Origin: an uncultured Candidatus Poseidoniales archaeon
GTDB lineage: Archaea; Thermoplasmatota; Poseidoniia; Poseidoniales; Thalassarchaeaceae
Direction: 5' to 3'
Length of the DNA: 64,000 bases
Assembly (NCBI GenBank): GCA_902530535.1
Contig: CACAAP010000003.1
Coordinates: 721-64,720 of the forward strand
In this document: positions 1 to 9,996 of the stretch, piece after piece
How the letters are laid out: every line of letters starts with the position of its first letter
Position numbering within the stretch: the first letter of the stretch is position 1
The notes under the pieces: generated by a model
Told to the model about the DNA's origin: nothing
Seen by the model: the letters and a program-made list of their open reading frames with translations, nothing else
Database searches by the model: none
Made by a program: the position numbers and the translations under genes

Positions 1-632
1 ACTTCGAGGTCCTCGCTCATCACGTGAACTGGGTCTTCGGTGAATTCCTCTGTAGCATCTAGTACCTCCTGTGGGAAGGTGGCGCTGAAGAGAAGAGTCT
101 GCTCCCTTTCGCCCATCTTCTCGACGATCCATAGGACGTCGGGAAAGAATCCCATGTCTAGCATCCTGTCTGCCTCGTCTAGGCAGAAGATTCCTATTTC
201 GGAGAGGTCTATGTGGCCCCTCTTGCTCATGTCGATCACACGCCCCGGGGTCCCTACGATCACGTCGACTCCCTTGTCCAGAAGCCTTGCCTGCTTCTCG
301 ATGTCCGTCCCTCCGTAGACAGTCTCGATTCTGAGTCCCTTCTTCCCTTGTAGGGCTTGGAACTCCTCTGCCACTTGTACGGCGAGTTCCCTGGTGGGGC
401 AGAGAACTATCGCCTGCGTCGAACCGTTTGGTTGGCAAGACTCGATGATAGGGATTCCGAAGGCGGCGGTTTTTCCAGAGCCCGTCCTGGCCTGTCCTAC
501 TACGTCCATGCCCTTTCTTGCGAATGGTATGGCCTCAACCTGTATCTGCGTCGGCTCTTCCCAGCCGAGTTGGCCTATGGCATCAGCCACGTGTTTCTCG
601 AGGTCCCAGTCATTGAATGATAGCGAGGTCAT
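1..632 (-). CDS. DEAD-box ATP-dependent RNA helicase (N-terminal part; C-terminus lies beyond the window start)
   Basis: Reverse-complement translation from ATG at 630-632 reads MTSLSFNDWDL...PTQIQ (Q motif), ARTGSGKT (motif I), PTRELA (Ia), DEAD (II), SAT (III). It is missing from the ORF track because there is no stop codon inside the window. Confidence 0.8.
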   Translation of the reverse strand, partial: MTSLSFNDWDLEKHVADAIGQLGWEEPTQIQVEAIPFARKGMDVVGQARTGSGKTAAFGIPIIESCQPNGSTQAIVLCPTRELAVQVAEEFQALQGKKGLRIETVYGGTDIEKQARLLDKGVDVIVGTPGRVIDMSKRGHIDLSEIGIFCLDEADRMLDMGFFPDVLWIVEKMGEREQTLLFSATFPQEVLDATEEFTEDPVHVMSEDLE

Positions 633-641
633 CTTTTGACC

Positions 642-929
642 TCAGGACCAGGTCTCAGCTTCTCTGATGTCCTTCTGGAGCTCGCCCATCCAGTATTTCC
701 TGCAATTATCCTTGGTCAGGAACTGGTCCTTGCTGGAGAAACCGTGGTTGTAGTGCCCCTTGTCCGCATTTGCCCACTGGTCTTTCCTGCGCTTGTGGAA
801 CTTCTGAAGGACGTGATTCCTCATGTACTGCCTGAACTTCAGGGCCTTTGTTCTGTTAACTCCTTTTGGGGTTACTCCTTCCCAGAGCCTCTCGAATCGC
901 TCAAGCTTCCCGTCGAAATCGTCACTCAT
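642..929 (-). CDS. small basic hypothetical protein (95 aa), probably co-transcribed with the helicase
   Basis: Intact ORF 10 nt upstream of the helicase start. Overlaps the upstream HEAT-repeat gene by 4 nt. No recognisable family. Confidence 0.4.
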   Translation of the reverse strand: MSDDFDGKLERFERLWEGVTPKGVNRTKALKFRQYMRNHVLQKFHKRRKDQWANADKGHYNHGFSSKDQFLTKDNCRKYWMGELQKDIREAETWS

Positions 930-2134
930 CTGCCTTCCTCGCTGCCCGGCCGACCTGACTGGCGTTTATCATCCTCACCCATGGCAGAAGGAGAGGGGAT
1001 GTCCTCTACATCGTCGTCTTTGGGCACGTAGTCCGCTGCAGCGAGTTTCAGATTCTTCTCTTGCTCTGTCCCTTCGAAGTCTGGATCCATAGCCAGGGAT
1101 TGCAGTCTCTTTTTGAGACGGGGGTCCTTCTCCTTCTTCAGGAGTTCTCCTGCCGCCTCCCTAAGCTCTTGTCCCGAGAGGATGATCGATATCTGCCTGA
1201 CGCACGCCCTCCTCATCTCGAGGTCCTTGTCAGCGGCTCCCTTGAGTATCATCTGAACTACCCTCGGACTCTGGATATCCAGCTTCTTCAGGGCCTTGAT
1301 CACGGCCCCTCTGATTTGCCTGTCATCCTCGCCGATGCTGGACTCCACCAGTATTGCGGCCACTCTTGGCTCTACGTCAGCGAGTACTGTAAGTGTCTTG
1401 GAAGCGTTTCTTCGTACTCTCACTTCCTCGTCTTGAAGCGACCACCCGATTAGGTCCCATGCCTCGGCACCCCCCTTGGATGCTATCGTCCTTAGGATCA
1501 GGGACCCTCTTATTCGTAGATCATCTTCCTCTTCCCTGATCAGCTCGTCAAGGTGTAGGCATCCTACCTCTGGCCACTCTCTTGATGCTAGCTTCAATGC
1601 CTCGAAGGCATTTCCCCTGTGGTCCTTCCTGCTGTCCCGAAGCTCCCTCCTTAGGATCTCCTCACATCCCGATGGGAATAGGGGTGCCACCTTCTTCAGA
1701 CATGTCATCGCCTCCTCTCTCACAGAATCCTCGTCGTCCACAAGCCTGTCAGAGAGGCAGTGGAGCAATATCCCCTGCCTCCTGAGTGAGAAAGAGGGCA
1801 GGGTCTTCAGAGCTGCGATCCTGACGTCTGGGAAGTCGTCCTCTAATGCATCGACCAAGGAATCGTAAGCACGCGCAGCGTCCTTTTCTGGAACCTTTGC
1901 TAGTGCCTTGATAGCGTCAATCCTTCCTAGGAGCCACCTCTTTCCGTCGGCCAAGATTTCAATCTTCCCAGACTCCCCGTTGGCGAGTGGCAGGATCTCG
2001 TGGGGCTCCAACCTCTGCCACGGCCCGCTATCTGGGGACAAGGCAGCGATCCCGACTCCCTTCCGAGCTCCTTTTCGCTTCGCTCCAATCCTCTCGCCGG
2101 TGCGCGGGTCGCGTGCGATGTACTCCCTAGCCAT
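926..2134 (-). CDS. HEAT/PBS-lyase-like repeat protein
   Basis: 402-aa ORF with repeated alpha-helical ~30-aa units (DxxVRxxAxxAL-type) typical of HEAT repeats. Confidence 0.5.
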   Translation of the reverse strand: MAREYIARDPRTGERIGAKRKGARKGVGIAALSPDSGPWQRLEPHEILPLANGESGKIEILADGKRWLLGRIDAIKALAKVPEKDAARAYDSLVDALEDDFPDVRIAALKTLPSFSLRRQGILLHCLSDRLVDDEDSVREEAMTCLKKVAPLFPSGCEEILRRELRDSRKDHRGNAFEALKLASREWPEVGCLHLDELIREEEDDLRIRGSLILRTIASKGGAEAWDLIGWSLQDEEVRVRRNASKTLTVLADVEPRVAAILVESSIGEDDRQIRGAVIKALKKLDIQSPRVVQMILKGAADKDLEMRRACVRQISIILSGQELREAAGELLKKEKDPRLKKRLQSLAMDPDFEGTEQEKNLKLAAADYVPKDDDVEDIPSPSAMGEDDKRQSGRPGSEEGR

Positions 2135-2230
2135 TGGAATCGCCCGCGGATAGTGCCATCACACTTCAATGAAGCGCGTTTTCGCTCAGGACAACCATCA
2201 AGCACATTGTCGTCTAGCCGGCCTTGAAAT

Positions 2231-2776
2231 ATGTCCCAGGATGTCGAAATTGAGATCTCGAAGCTCCTCCACTCCTCTTTCAGCGGAGGGACCGCTGTAA
2301 GTATGAGGGACCTTTCCAGAATGTGGTCCCTTGAGATGCAGTGGTTTTCTCCAGACTCTGCTTTATCCCTAGCAAGGCGCCTTCACTCGGCCGGTTGGCT
2401 GGTGGGTAGTCAGGCTTCCCTCGAGCCATCCTCCTCGATCCCAGATCACCGTCCCGAGATGGGTTGGCGACCATTCCTGTCAAGGTTCGAAGAGATGCCT
2501 GAGTCACCCGATACGGATGTGGAAGATGAAGCCCCGCCTCCTATGGATAATCCCGCTGAGAAGAATGAGGACGCGGAATCGTCAAGCATCGAAATCCCAT
2601 TGGCAAGAATGGCCTCTATTGTCTCGTCGATGTCCGGCCTCGAGAGGCACGAGGTCCTGAGGAGGGCCGAGAGGAAGAGGAGGGCATTGGGCCCTGTTTC
2701 TCTAGAGATCGCCATACTGCTCCTCGCCAGGGAGCAGAACCTGGAGGTGCGGGAGCTGATTGGGCTTTTGGACTAG
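2231..2776 (+). CDS. hypothetical protein, DUF2240-like (archaeal)
   Basis: 181-aa ORF. WFSPDxAxxLxxxxxxxGWL and acidic linker pattern resemble the archaeal DUF2240 family as I recall it. Weak. Confidence 0.35.
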   Translation: MSQDVEIEISKLLHSSFSGGTAVSMRDLSRMWSLEMQWFSPDSALSLARRLHSAGWLVGSQASLEPSSSIPDHRPEMGWRPFLSRFEEMPESPDTDVEDEAPPPMDNPAEKNEDAESSSIEIPLARMASIVSSMSGLERHEVLRRAERKRRALGPVSLEIAILLLAREQNLEVRELIGLLD

Positions 2777-5340
2777 GAGCCATTTCCATTGGTCCGCACC
2801 TCTGCCGCAAGCAGGCCCGGAAGTACCAGTAACGCAAGGACAAGCGAGAAGGTCACCGAGATGGAGCTCACGACCCCGAAGTCTCTGATTACTGGGATTG
2901 GGGAGAGCAGCAGAACCATGAATCCGCAAATGGTGGTGCCAGCTGACATCAGGAGCGCCGATCCGGTATGCGCGTACATGTCTCGCATTGCGGGCCAGAT
3001 TGCCATGCCTGAAGCCCTGTTGGACTCGAACCTCCTCCAGACGTGGATAGAGTAGTCGATTCCAAGACCTATGGTAAGTGCGGTGATCATAATCGTCAGG
3101 ACGTTCCAGTTGATTCCCAGGACCGCCATTGAGCCCACGACCCATGATCCAGCAAGGCCCACGGGCAGTATAACCAGCAGAGACTGGCCTATCCTGCGAG
3201 TAAGAGTAGCCAGAACGAGCAGAGAGACGGTTAGGCTGATCGCGGTGGAGCTTACGATAGAGGAAATTAGCCCGGACAGGAGGTTCGAGAGGGTCATCAG
3301 GTCGCCAACGGCGTACGCCCTACCCCCGGTATCCGACGAGACTATGGAAGCCTCCGCCCTCATCTCCTCAGAGATTTGCTCTACCATAGCGCTGCTCTGC
3401 GCCTCGACATCGACTCTGATTCTAAGGTACCTTATCGCAGTACCATCCTCGGTCAGTCCTACGTGCTCCTCGGCCCTCTCCGCCCAAGTGGTACCTCTGA
3501 GCTGGTCTCCAACTGTTTCGTTCTGTAGGAGCGATGAAATGGCCACGGCCAAGTCTCCCTCAACGAAGCTTTCGCTTGGTGCTAGGTCCTCGCCGAAGAC
3601 CTCCAGGTTGTTATCCACCCCGAATGAAGGATCCCGCTCTATCGCATCTGCCACTATCCTGTATATGCTGTCGTAAGAGGCCCATTCGTTGCTAGTGCCC
3701 GGGGCCTCCGTGACCACCGCCCCCTCCATCCTTGCCAAGGAGTCCTCCAGATCTCCAAGAGCCTCTATTAGCCCCTCCTCGCTATCGAATGAGGACTCCC
3801 CTTCGCTCGGCTCTAATAGGATGTAGACCGACTTCAGAGCGTTCACCTCGTAGGATCCGTAGAGGTCTTCCCTGACCTCCATGATATCCATCTCGTCCTC
3901 GGATAGGAAGTCAGTCAACTCAAAGCTGGTGTCAAGTCCCTGCATCGCGACGACTACTGATCCTGCTGTGATTATCGCTACAGATAGGAGGACCATGGGC
4001 GCCTTCCCCCTCTGGAATTCTGCTGCTCTCTCGGCTAGGTTACCCAGCTCAAGACCCCTGCTTCGAGAGGCTCCCATGGTCCTCTCTACGAAAACGTGCA
4101 TTGCCCCTACTGTTACAGTACTCGCCAGAAATGCAGATACTACCCCGAGAGCCAAGGTGGCGCCGAATGTCCTGAGGGGCGGCAAGGGGGAAAGAGAATT
4201 TGCCAGGAATGCGAAGACCGTGGTAGTTACAGCGAGTGATAGTGCAACTCTGAGCTCCATTAGGGCCTTGGCCCACGCCTCTGCGGAGCTGCTGGAACCT
4301 CCCTTGGCCCTCTCGTAAGCCCTCTGTAGGTGTATTGAGTAGTCTATACCTAGGCCGAGAACAACAGGGGCCACCGCTATCTCCAGGATCGAGAATTTCA
4401 TTCCCATCAGGGATATGGCGCCGTACGTCCAAACCAGAGAAGCCAGCAATGCGGTTAGTGGCGCCACAACCATAGTAGCGGATCTGAAGGTAAGTGCAAG
4501 GAGGACTACAACTACGATTACCGCAAGAAGAATTAGCCAGACCAGGTTATCTAGGGTGGACTCGTTGATGTCGTTACTGATTAGATCGTCAGAGATAACT
4601 CCGTACTCGAGAATGGACTGCTCGCTCAACATGCTCCTGATGTCGTTTGCATACCTCTGCCTGTCCTCGCTATCTACATCCCCCCCGATTTCGATGAGCC
4701 AAAGTGTACTGCTTGCGCTGGGTGTCGGGTTCCCAGTACCGCTTTCCAGCCAGTCACAAACCGGAGAGTAGTCCAAGTCTTCGTGTAGCAACGCAGATGA
4801 GGCGAACGCGGCATTAGCTATCGATCGCTCATCGCTTCCAATGGCGTCCCCACACTCTTCGTCTTCCAACACGCTTTCCAGCATTCCTTTCCAGTCATTG
4901 AAGTCCGTCAGATCCCCTGTGTAGTTCCTTTCCTCAAGGAACCTCTGTAGAATCTCAGCTGCATTGATTTGTGACGCGATGAAGTGCCCATTCTCGTCAG
5001 AGTGTGATTGGATTCTCTCATAGTCCTCTGATAGCCTGTGAAGTGCCTTCATCTCCAGTACATTCGCCAGCTGATCATCACTGGCTGACGGCTTCACGTT
5101 GATGTATACCAGATGCGGGGACGAACCTATCGACCCCTCGATCCTCTCCTGGGCCTCGTCGGCTTCCGTCTCGGGAGCGAAAGAAGACAGGTCAGTTGTG
5201 AAAGCAAGGCTTCCCGCTAGGAAATATGCCAGAAATCCAGTTAGGAAAAGACTCACAATTAGGATTGGCAGGGACATCCTGTCAAACGTCTCAGCCAATC
5301 GTCTTGTCATGGCATCCATCCCTGACATCGTCGCGCCCAA
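2773..5340 (-). CDS. MMPL/RND-superfamily exporter (two MMPL transmembrane modules with large extracytoplasmic loops)
   Basis: 855 aa. Duplicated 6-TM bundles, each with a GIDYSIH motif (GLGIDYSIH twice), as in MmpL/SecDF-like RND proteins. Confidence 0.75.
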   Translation of the reverse strand: MGATMSGMDAMTRRLAETFDRMSLPILIVSLFLTGFLAYFLAGSLAFTTDLSSFAPETEADEAQERIEGSIGSSPHLVYINVKPSASDDQLANVLEMKALHRLSEDYERIQSHSDENGHFIASQINAAEILQRFLEERNYTGDLTDFNDWKGMLESVLEDEECGDAIGSDERSIANAAFASSALLHEDLDYSPVCDWLESGTGNPTPSASSTLWLIEIGGDVDSEDRQRYANDIRSMLSEQSILEYGVISDDLISNDINESTLDNLVWLILLAVIVVVVLLALTFRSATMVVAPLTALLASLVWTYGAISLMGMKFSILEIAVAPVVLGLGIDYSIHLQRAYERAKGGSSSSAEAWAKALMELRVALSLAVTTTVFAFLANSLSPLPPLRTFGATLALGVVSAFLASTVTVGAMHVFVERTMGASRSRGLELGNLAERAAEFQRGKAPMVLLSVAIITAGSVVVAMQGLDTSFELTDFLSEDEMDIMEVREDLYGSYEVNALKSVYILLEPSEGESSFDSEEGLIEALGDLEDSLARMEGAVVTEAPGTSNEWASYDSIYRIVADAIERDPSFGVDNNLEVFGEDLAPSESFVEGDLAVAISSLLQNETVGDQLRGTTWAERAEEHVGLTEDGTAIRYLRIRVDVEAQSSAMVEQISEEMRAEASIVSSDTGGRAYAVGDLMTLSNLLSGLISSIVSSTAISLTVSLLVLATLTRRIGQSLLVILPVGLAGSWVVGSMAVLGINWNVLTIMITALTIGLGIDYSIHVWRRFESNRASGMAIWPAMRDMYAHTGSALLMSAGTTICGFMVLLLSPIPVIRDFGVVSSISVTFSLVLALLVLPGLLAAEVRTNGNGS

Positions 5341-5391
5341 AACCTCCCGATGTAAAACTTAGGGGAGGTTTGGTGCTCGTTTGGCTCTGCT

Positions 5392-5697
5392 TTGGCATGC
5401 AAGCCCTCAAAAGGGCCACTCATGTCGAGCGTCCGTCCCATGCCAGTAAAAGTATTGAAGAACGAGGGCAGAGAACTGCGAATTAGGGTCTTGGACGGAA
5501 ATCACACTGCATTACAGATGTTCAGGTCCCGTCTGAATGATAGGGACGACGTGGAGTATGCTAACTACTTCCAGAACCACCCAGATCTGGATGATCCGGA
5601 GCTGTATGTAAGGTCCGTCAAGGGTAAGAAGGCGGACAAAATTCTCAAAGACATATGCTCAGAGATCGCTAAGGAACTCTCCAGCATCAAGCTTTGA
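5392..5697 (+). CDS. rpoL: DNA-directed RNA polymerase subunit L (Rpb11 homologue); true start probably ATG at 5440
   Basis: MPVKVLKNEGRELRIRVLDGNHTALQMF...VEYANYFQNHPDLD matches the archaeal RpoL pattern (ExExEdHTlgN...V.fA.Y...HPl). Confidence 0.6.
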   Translation: MACKPSKGPLMSSVRPMPVKVLKNEGRELRIRVLDGNHTALQMFRSRLNDRDDVEYANYFQNHPDLDDPELYVRSVKGKKADKILKDICSEIAKELSSIKL

Positions 5698-5757
5698 GGG
5701 GGTGATTCCCTGAAAGGGAGCGAAATCGAAGAATATCTGGGACTTTCTACTTGGGTA

Positions 5758-7101
5758 GTGCCATCCGAGGGCATTGGCGGGCTGCTGAAAGCCCGAGTAG
5801 AGGACTTCCGGGTCGAGGAATCATCCAAGGTTCCCGCTTTTGACGAAAAGGGGAGGTTCACAGTCGCAAGGGTGACTATGACGAATTGGGAGACTAATCG
5901 GTACATCAGACGCATGGCGAGATCTTGCGGGATAAACAAGAACAGAATTTTCAGCTCCGGACTGAAGGATAAGAGGGCAATAACCACTCAGGTTTTGGTG
6001 ATAGACGCACCAAGGAAGAAGGTCGAGTCAGTACAGATACCAGATAGCACCATCGAGGTACTGGGGAGGACCCATCAGAAGGCAACCATGGGCGATCATG
6101 ATGGGAACCGATTCACAATTACCGTACGCGGTTGCTGCGATGAATCAGGAAATCCTATTGATGCCAAGGAGGCCATGCGCAGGGTCCACGAGATTAGAGA
6201 GGGCCTTTCCGAGGCCATAGGTTCAGATGCTTTCCCAAATTGGATCGGGCCTCAGCGCTTCGGTTCGGCCAGACCGGTTACACCTGAGGTAGGAAAGGCA
6301 GTAATCGAGGGGGACTTCGAAAGTGCGGTAGACCTCTACGTCGGCATGGAGGGTGCCCGAGAGGGCCAAGAGTCTGAGGACTTCAGATCTTCTTGGAGGA
6401 ATGAAAAGGACCCGGGAAAATCCCTCCAAATAGCCCCAGACAGGCTTGGATACGAGAAATCAATGCTGGAGCACCTTCTCAAGAAACCGGATGACTTTGT
6501 CGGCGCATTCAAGACCCTCCCCAACTCCTTGCAACTCTTGATGGTCCATTCAGCGCAGTCTCTCGCATTCAATCACTCCTTGTGTGGCAGGATGGAATCG
6601 GGAATGCCAATCATCGAACCTGTAGAGGGGGATTTGGTCGCACCGATTCTGTCTAACGGAAGGATTGACGTTGGCAAGATGGCCCGAGTCAGCAGTACGA
6701 ATCTTGAGAGGTGCCAACGAAACTGTGAACTCGGGAGGCTTGCAGTCACTGGTATCCTGCCTGGAAGTGATTCCAATCACGCCAGCTGTGAGCCCGGTGA
6801 TTTCGAAGTCCAAGGCATCGATGCTGCAGGTCTCTCTGATGTGGACTGGGTCGTGAAGGAGATCCCCCGGCTAACTACTTCAGGTACGAGGAGGGCACTT
6901 TCCGTCCCCTTCAGGGACTTGACCGTCGAGCAGGCACCCGATACAAACGACCTTTTCAATCGCTGGGAAGAAGGTCCACTCGAGGGCGATCGCTGGCATC
7001 CCGAAGGGGCTTCTCTCAGACTGAGATTCACCTTACCAGCAGGAGCATACGCAACCGTACTAATGCGTGAGTTCATGAGATCGCCACTCGACCACTACTG
7101 A
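5758..7101 (+). CDS. truD: tRNA pseudouridine(13) synthase TruD
   Basis: GLLKARVEDFRVEE near the N-terminus, GPQRFG catalytic-region motif, and C-terminal LRLRFTLPAGAYATVLMREF closely parallel E. coli TruD (GLLKANPEDFVVVE ... IRFWLPAGSFATSVVREL). Confidence 0.75.
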   Translation: MPSEGIGGLLKARVEDFRVEESSKVPAFDEKGRFTVARVTMTNWETNRYIRRMARSCGINKNRIFSSGLKDKRAITTQVLVIDAPRKKVESVQIPDSTIEVLGRTHQKATMGDHDGNRFTITVRGCCDESGNPIDAKEAMRRVHEIREGLSEAIGSDAFPNWIGPQRFGSARPVTPEVGKAVIEGDFESAVDLYVGMEGAREGQESEDFRSSWRNEKDPGKSLQIAPDRLGYEKSMLEHLLKKPDDFVGAFKTLPNSLQLLMVHSAQSLAFNHSLCGRMESGMPIIEPVEGDLVAPILSNGRIDVGKMARVSSTNLERCQRNCELGRLAVTGILPGSDSNHASCEPGDFEVQGIDAAGLSDVDWVVKEIPRLTTSGTRRALSVPFRDLTVEQAPDTNDLFNRWEEGPLEGDRWHPEGASLRLRFTLPAGAYATVLMREFMRSPLDHY

Positions 7102-7368
7102 TCAGAGGCGGCCCATTTCCAAGGCCTCGATTTGTCCCACTAGATCGTCGACCTGCTTGACCCTGTCTTCGAATCCGTCAACGATCCCCTCTCCTTCTCC
7201 CAGAACCGCCTGGACCTCTATATACATCATTCCGAATGCCAGTGGCTTGATCTCCACCTCTTGCACTTCTTCGAAGTCCGAGATTACGCTCGCTATCCCT
7301 TCGTAGTTCGGACCACCATCTTCAGGTTGGTCCAGAGTAACCTTGTACTTCACAACTACATGGCCCAT
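7102..7368 (-). CDS. ef1b: translation elongation factor aEF-1 beta
   Basis: About 89 aa from MGHVVVKYKV... with PLAFGMMYIEVQAVLGEGEG... and C-terminal ...EALEMGRL. Matches archaeal EF-1beta (MGDVVATIKV...PIAFGLVALNV...). The ORF-track start at 7377 is probably 9 nt too long. Confidence 0.7.
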   Translation of the reverse strand: MGHVVVKYKVTLDQPEDGGPNYEGIASVISDFEEVQEVEIKPLAFGMMYIEVQAVLGEGEGIVDGFEDRVKQVDDLVGQIEALEMGRL

Positions 7369-7636
7369 ATACATCACCTCAAGGCCCTACAAAATTGCAC
7401 TCAGGGCACATATACTTCACGGACTGAACCCTGCATTTCTGACTCCTCCCAAGAGGGGCCGAACATACCGGGCAGGGGAAAGAGGTGCTCTCGCTGCCCA
7501 CTAAGGGCGTCCCGGAGGACGCGCATACAGTTGCCCTTCCACTAGTCCCGGCCATTGACTTGCTGGCGTACTAGGGTCCCTTTTTAGCGTTGATTGTGGT
7601 AATCCAGTGACATCGGGGCATAGAATCTAGCCAAAA

Positions 7637-8128
7637 TTGCTGAAAATTGAAAAGATTGGACTAGTCGAGTTGAACATGGCCGAGGAAGAAATGAGCCTGA
7701 CTGGGGAGCAATCAGACCTATCAGATTACGTGAATGACGAAGGGGGCATTTGGAGTCTGAGGCAGGTAGAGAAGATCAGAGGTTGGAACAACATCGAGTA
7801 TGGGGCCGGACTCTCGGGAAAGAACACCCCTTCCACTGGGCTCTCTATGAACAGGGCATACATCCCGCCAGGAGGAATAGCGAAGGCACATATCCATGTT
7901 GACTTCGATGTCATGATATACCTCCTGAAGGGAAGTGTCAGGCACGAGTATGGGGAGGGCTGTCGCCAGTCCGTGGTACACAGTGCCGGGGACATGTTCT
8001 ACATCGAACCGGGCCTTCCTCACGAGGTGTTCAATTGCTCAGAAGACGAATGGGTGCATGCGATCGTTTCTAGGTCAGATGCATCTGAGTGGCAGAATAT
8101 CAAGCCATATGACAGAGACTCAGAGTAG
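7637..8128 (+). CDS. cupin-domain protein (start more likely ATG at 7676)
   Basis: GGIAKAHIHVDFDVMIYLLKGS...GDMFYIEPGLPHEV is a cupin_2 two-motif signature. Confidence 0.6.
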   Translation: MLKIEKIGLVELNMAEEEMSLTGEQSDLSDYVNDEGGIWSLRQVEKIRGWNNIEYGAGLSGKNTPSTGLSMNRAYIPPGGIAKAHIHVDFDVMIYLLKGSVRHEYGEGCRQSVVHSAGDMFYIEPGLPHEVFNCSEDEWVHAIVSRSDASEWQNIKPYDRDSE

Positions 8129-8905
8129 CTACTCCTTCTTGGGCAGTTTCCTGAATCCAACTATCGGATCAATCTCCTGGTCTAAGTCTTCTTCAACAAC
8201 TATTCCTATCGAGGCCAGATGATCTTCTACGTGCTGCATTGCAGACCCTTCTTTCTTTGGTTCTGGCAGCTTCCTCTGGCAGACGAGATACGTCTCAGAA
8301 GAAGCACTCCTGCTGGCAGTGGGGGAAAACCTCCCAACGGACGAGAATCTCAGCTTAGCAGCCTCAACGAGGCCCTCGATACCTGCTCCTTGGAAGACCT
8401 TCGTAACGAAGCCACCCCCCGGGGCCAGGAGATCCGATGCAACATCCAGTGCCATCGTTGAGAGCTCCAGGGATATTGCCTGATCAGTGTCATACCTGCC
8501 AGTAAGCCTAGGGGAAATGTCACTGATCACGCAGTTGAGTGGTCCTTCCGCAATCTCCCTTGTGATTTCCTCAATCGTTGAGTCATGAGTTATATCCCCG
8601 ACCAATACTGTGGCTCCCTCGACTGGAGATGTGACCAACAGGTCAACCCCGATTACCTTGCCACTCTCCCCGACCTCCTCTACTGCAACTTGAGTCCAAC
8701 CACCGGGGTGACAACCTATGTCCAATACGCAGTCTCCCTTGCGAATGATTCCGAACTTCTCTTGGATCTGCTTTAGCTTGTAAGCTGAGCGTGCCCGATA
8801 CCCCTTCGACTTCGCATCCCTCCTCCAAGGGTCGCGTTTGTTCTCCTGGTACCAGCGTTTGCTCATGCTATCACTCAAGGACTGGTGGTTAAGAATCCGA
8901 ACCAT
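8129..8905 (-). CDS. rlmE: 23S rRNA (uridine-2'-O)-methyltransferase RlmE/FtsJ
   Basis: RSRSAYKLKQIQEKF..., SAM motif VLDIGCHPGGWTQV, DISPRLTG, GGFVTKVFQG. Collinear with E. coli RlmE, with short N- and C-terminal extensions. Confidence 0.8.
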   Translation of the reverse strand: MVRILNHQSLSDSMSKRWYQENKRDPWRRDAKSKGYRARSAYKLKQIQEKFGIIRKGDCVLDIGCHPGGWTQVAVEEVGESGKVIGVDLLVTSPVEGATVLVGDITHDSTIEEITREIAEGPLNCVISDISPRLTGRYDTDQAISLELSTMALDVASDLLAPGGGFVTKVFQGAGIEGLVEAAKLRFSSVGRFSPTASRSASSETYLVCQRKLPEPKKEGSAMQHVEDHLASIGIVVEEDLDQEIDPIVGFRKLPKKE

Positions 8906-8942
8906 GGATTCCTTCTATTGGGGGCCGTTGTCCATGCCGAAC

Positions 8943-9884
8943 TCAAAGGCCGATTTCTAAAATGAGGTCCCTTGCAGTTTCTCTGATGGCATCCTCGGAC
9001 ATCGCTGTTGGCTCGAAGCCGCTGTCAAGCAGCCTGGTCACATCCAGGTAGGTCTTGGGGACATCTCCGGCCCAACCCCTCTTCCCTCCGGTGTAGGCTA
9101 TCTCGACCCTTTCTAGGCCGCTCTCTTCAATAACGATCTGCGCAATCTTAGAGACGGAGCATGTATCTCCCGTTCCCAAGTTATACAGTACAGAGCCCTC
9201 TTCACCCATCGAGATAATGTGCAGCATAGACCGAACGCAGTCGTGAGCAGACATGTATGACTTCTCCTGGTTCCCATCTCCCAAAACCTCGAGTCTACTA
9301 GGGTTCGACTTGAGTTTGTGAATGAAGTCGAATATCACGCCATGGGTCCCTCTCGGGCCGACAATGTTTGCGAATCTGTGAATGAAGCCCTTAGCTCCGA
9401 ATGTTCCTGCCCAAGCCGTGATTAGGGACTCGCTAGCTAGTTTCGAGGCTCCATACAAGGAAATAGGCATCACTGGGCCGTAGCTCTCCGGCGTAGGCAT
9501 TACGCTGGCCTCCCCATAAACTGCAGACGACGACGCAAAGGAAATCCTACCCACTTCGTTCAAGCGCATAGCCTCGAGGACGTTGTAAGTGGCAAGTGTT
9601 CCTTGCTTCAGGTCTGTATCGGTAACTTCTGTCCCCAGCCTGATATCCGGATTTGCAGCCATATGGTGCACGGTATCGATGCCCTCCATCGCAGCCATTA
9701 TCGCTTCTATATCTAACAGATCTTCATTGAAAATCTCCACAGAACCGTCATCCAGGTGATGTGAAAGGAACTCTTCTCTACCGCTACTGAAGTTGTCTAT
9801 TACTCTCACTTTCTTGCCCTGCTCTACCAAAGCATCGACCAAGTGGGAGCCGATGAAGCCGGCGCCTCCTGTGACAAGCTCCAT
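8943..9884 (-). CDS. NAD-dependent epimerase/dehydratase (UDP-sugar 4-epimerase family)
   Basis: MELVTGGAGFIGSHLVDAL Rossmann motif, YGASK catalytic YxxxK, 313 aa. Confidence 0.8.
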   Translation of the reverse strand: MELVTGGAGFIGSHLVDALVEQGKKVRVIDNFSSGREEFLSHHLDDGSVEIFNEDLLDIEAIMAAMEGIDTVHHMAANPDIRLGTEVTDTDLKQGTLATYNVLEAMRLNEVGRISFASSSAVYGEASVMPTPESYGPVMPISLYGASKLASESLITAWAGTFGAKGFIHRFANIVGPRGTHGVIFDFIHKLKSNPSRLEVLGDGNQEKSYMSAHDCVRSMLHIISMGEEGSVLYNLGTGDTCSVSKIAQIVIEESGLERVEIAYTGGKRGWAGDVPKTYLDVTRLLDSGFEPTAMSEDAIRETARDLILEIGL

Positions 9885-9996
9885 GATATCGGTCCATACA
9901 TCATACTATTGAGTACATCGGAAACCGAATTTTCCTTTTTGTCCATTAATCGGCACATCTGGATAACGCGTATCCGAACGCTTCATTTGGCTTGAG

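Noticed and set aside
40-639. Plus-strand ORFs 40-318, 357-620 and 394-639
   Set aside because: They lie antisense to a well-supported DEAD-box helicase whose motifs Q, I, Ia, II and III read cleanly on the minus strand.
7378-7636. A 259-bp divergent intergenic region between ef1b and the cupin gene, considered as a possible small RNA locus
   Set aside because: I found no C/D-box (RUGAUGA...CUGA) or H/ACA features and no strong conserved structure by eye. It is most simply two back-to-back promoters. It cannot be excluded without covariance-model searches.
8790-8905. C-terminal about 35-aa extension of RlmE, considered as a possible TRAM domain
   Set aside because: It is too short for a TRAM fold (about 60 aa) and has no recognisable motif. 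It is probably just a lineage-specific tail.
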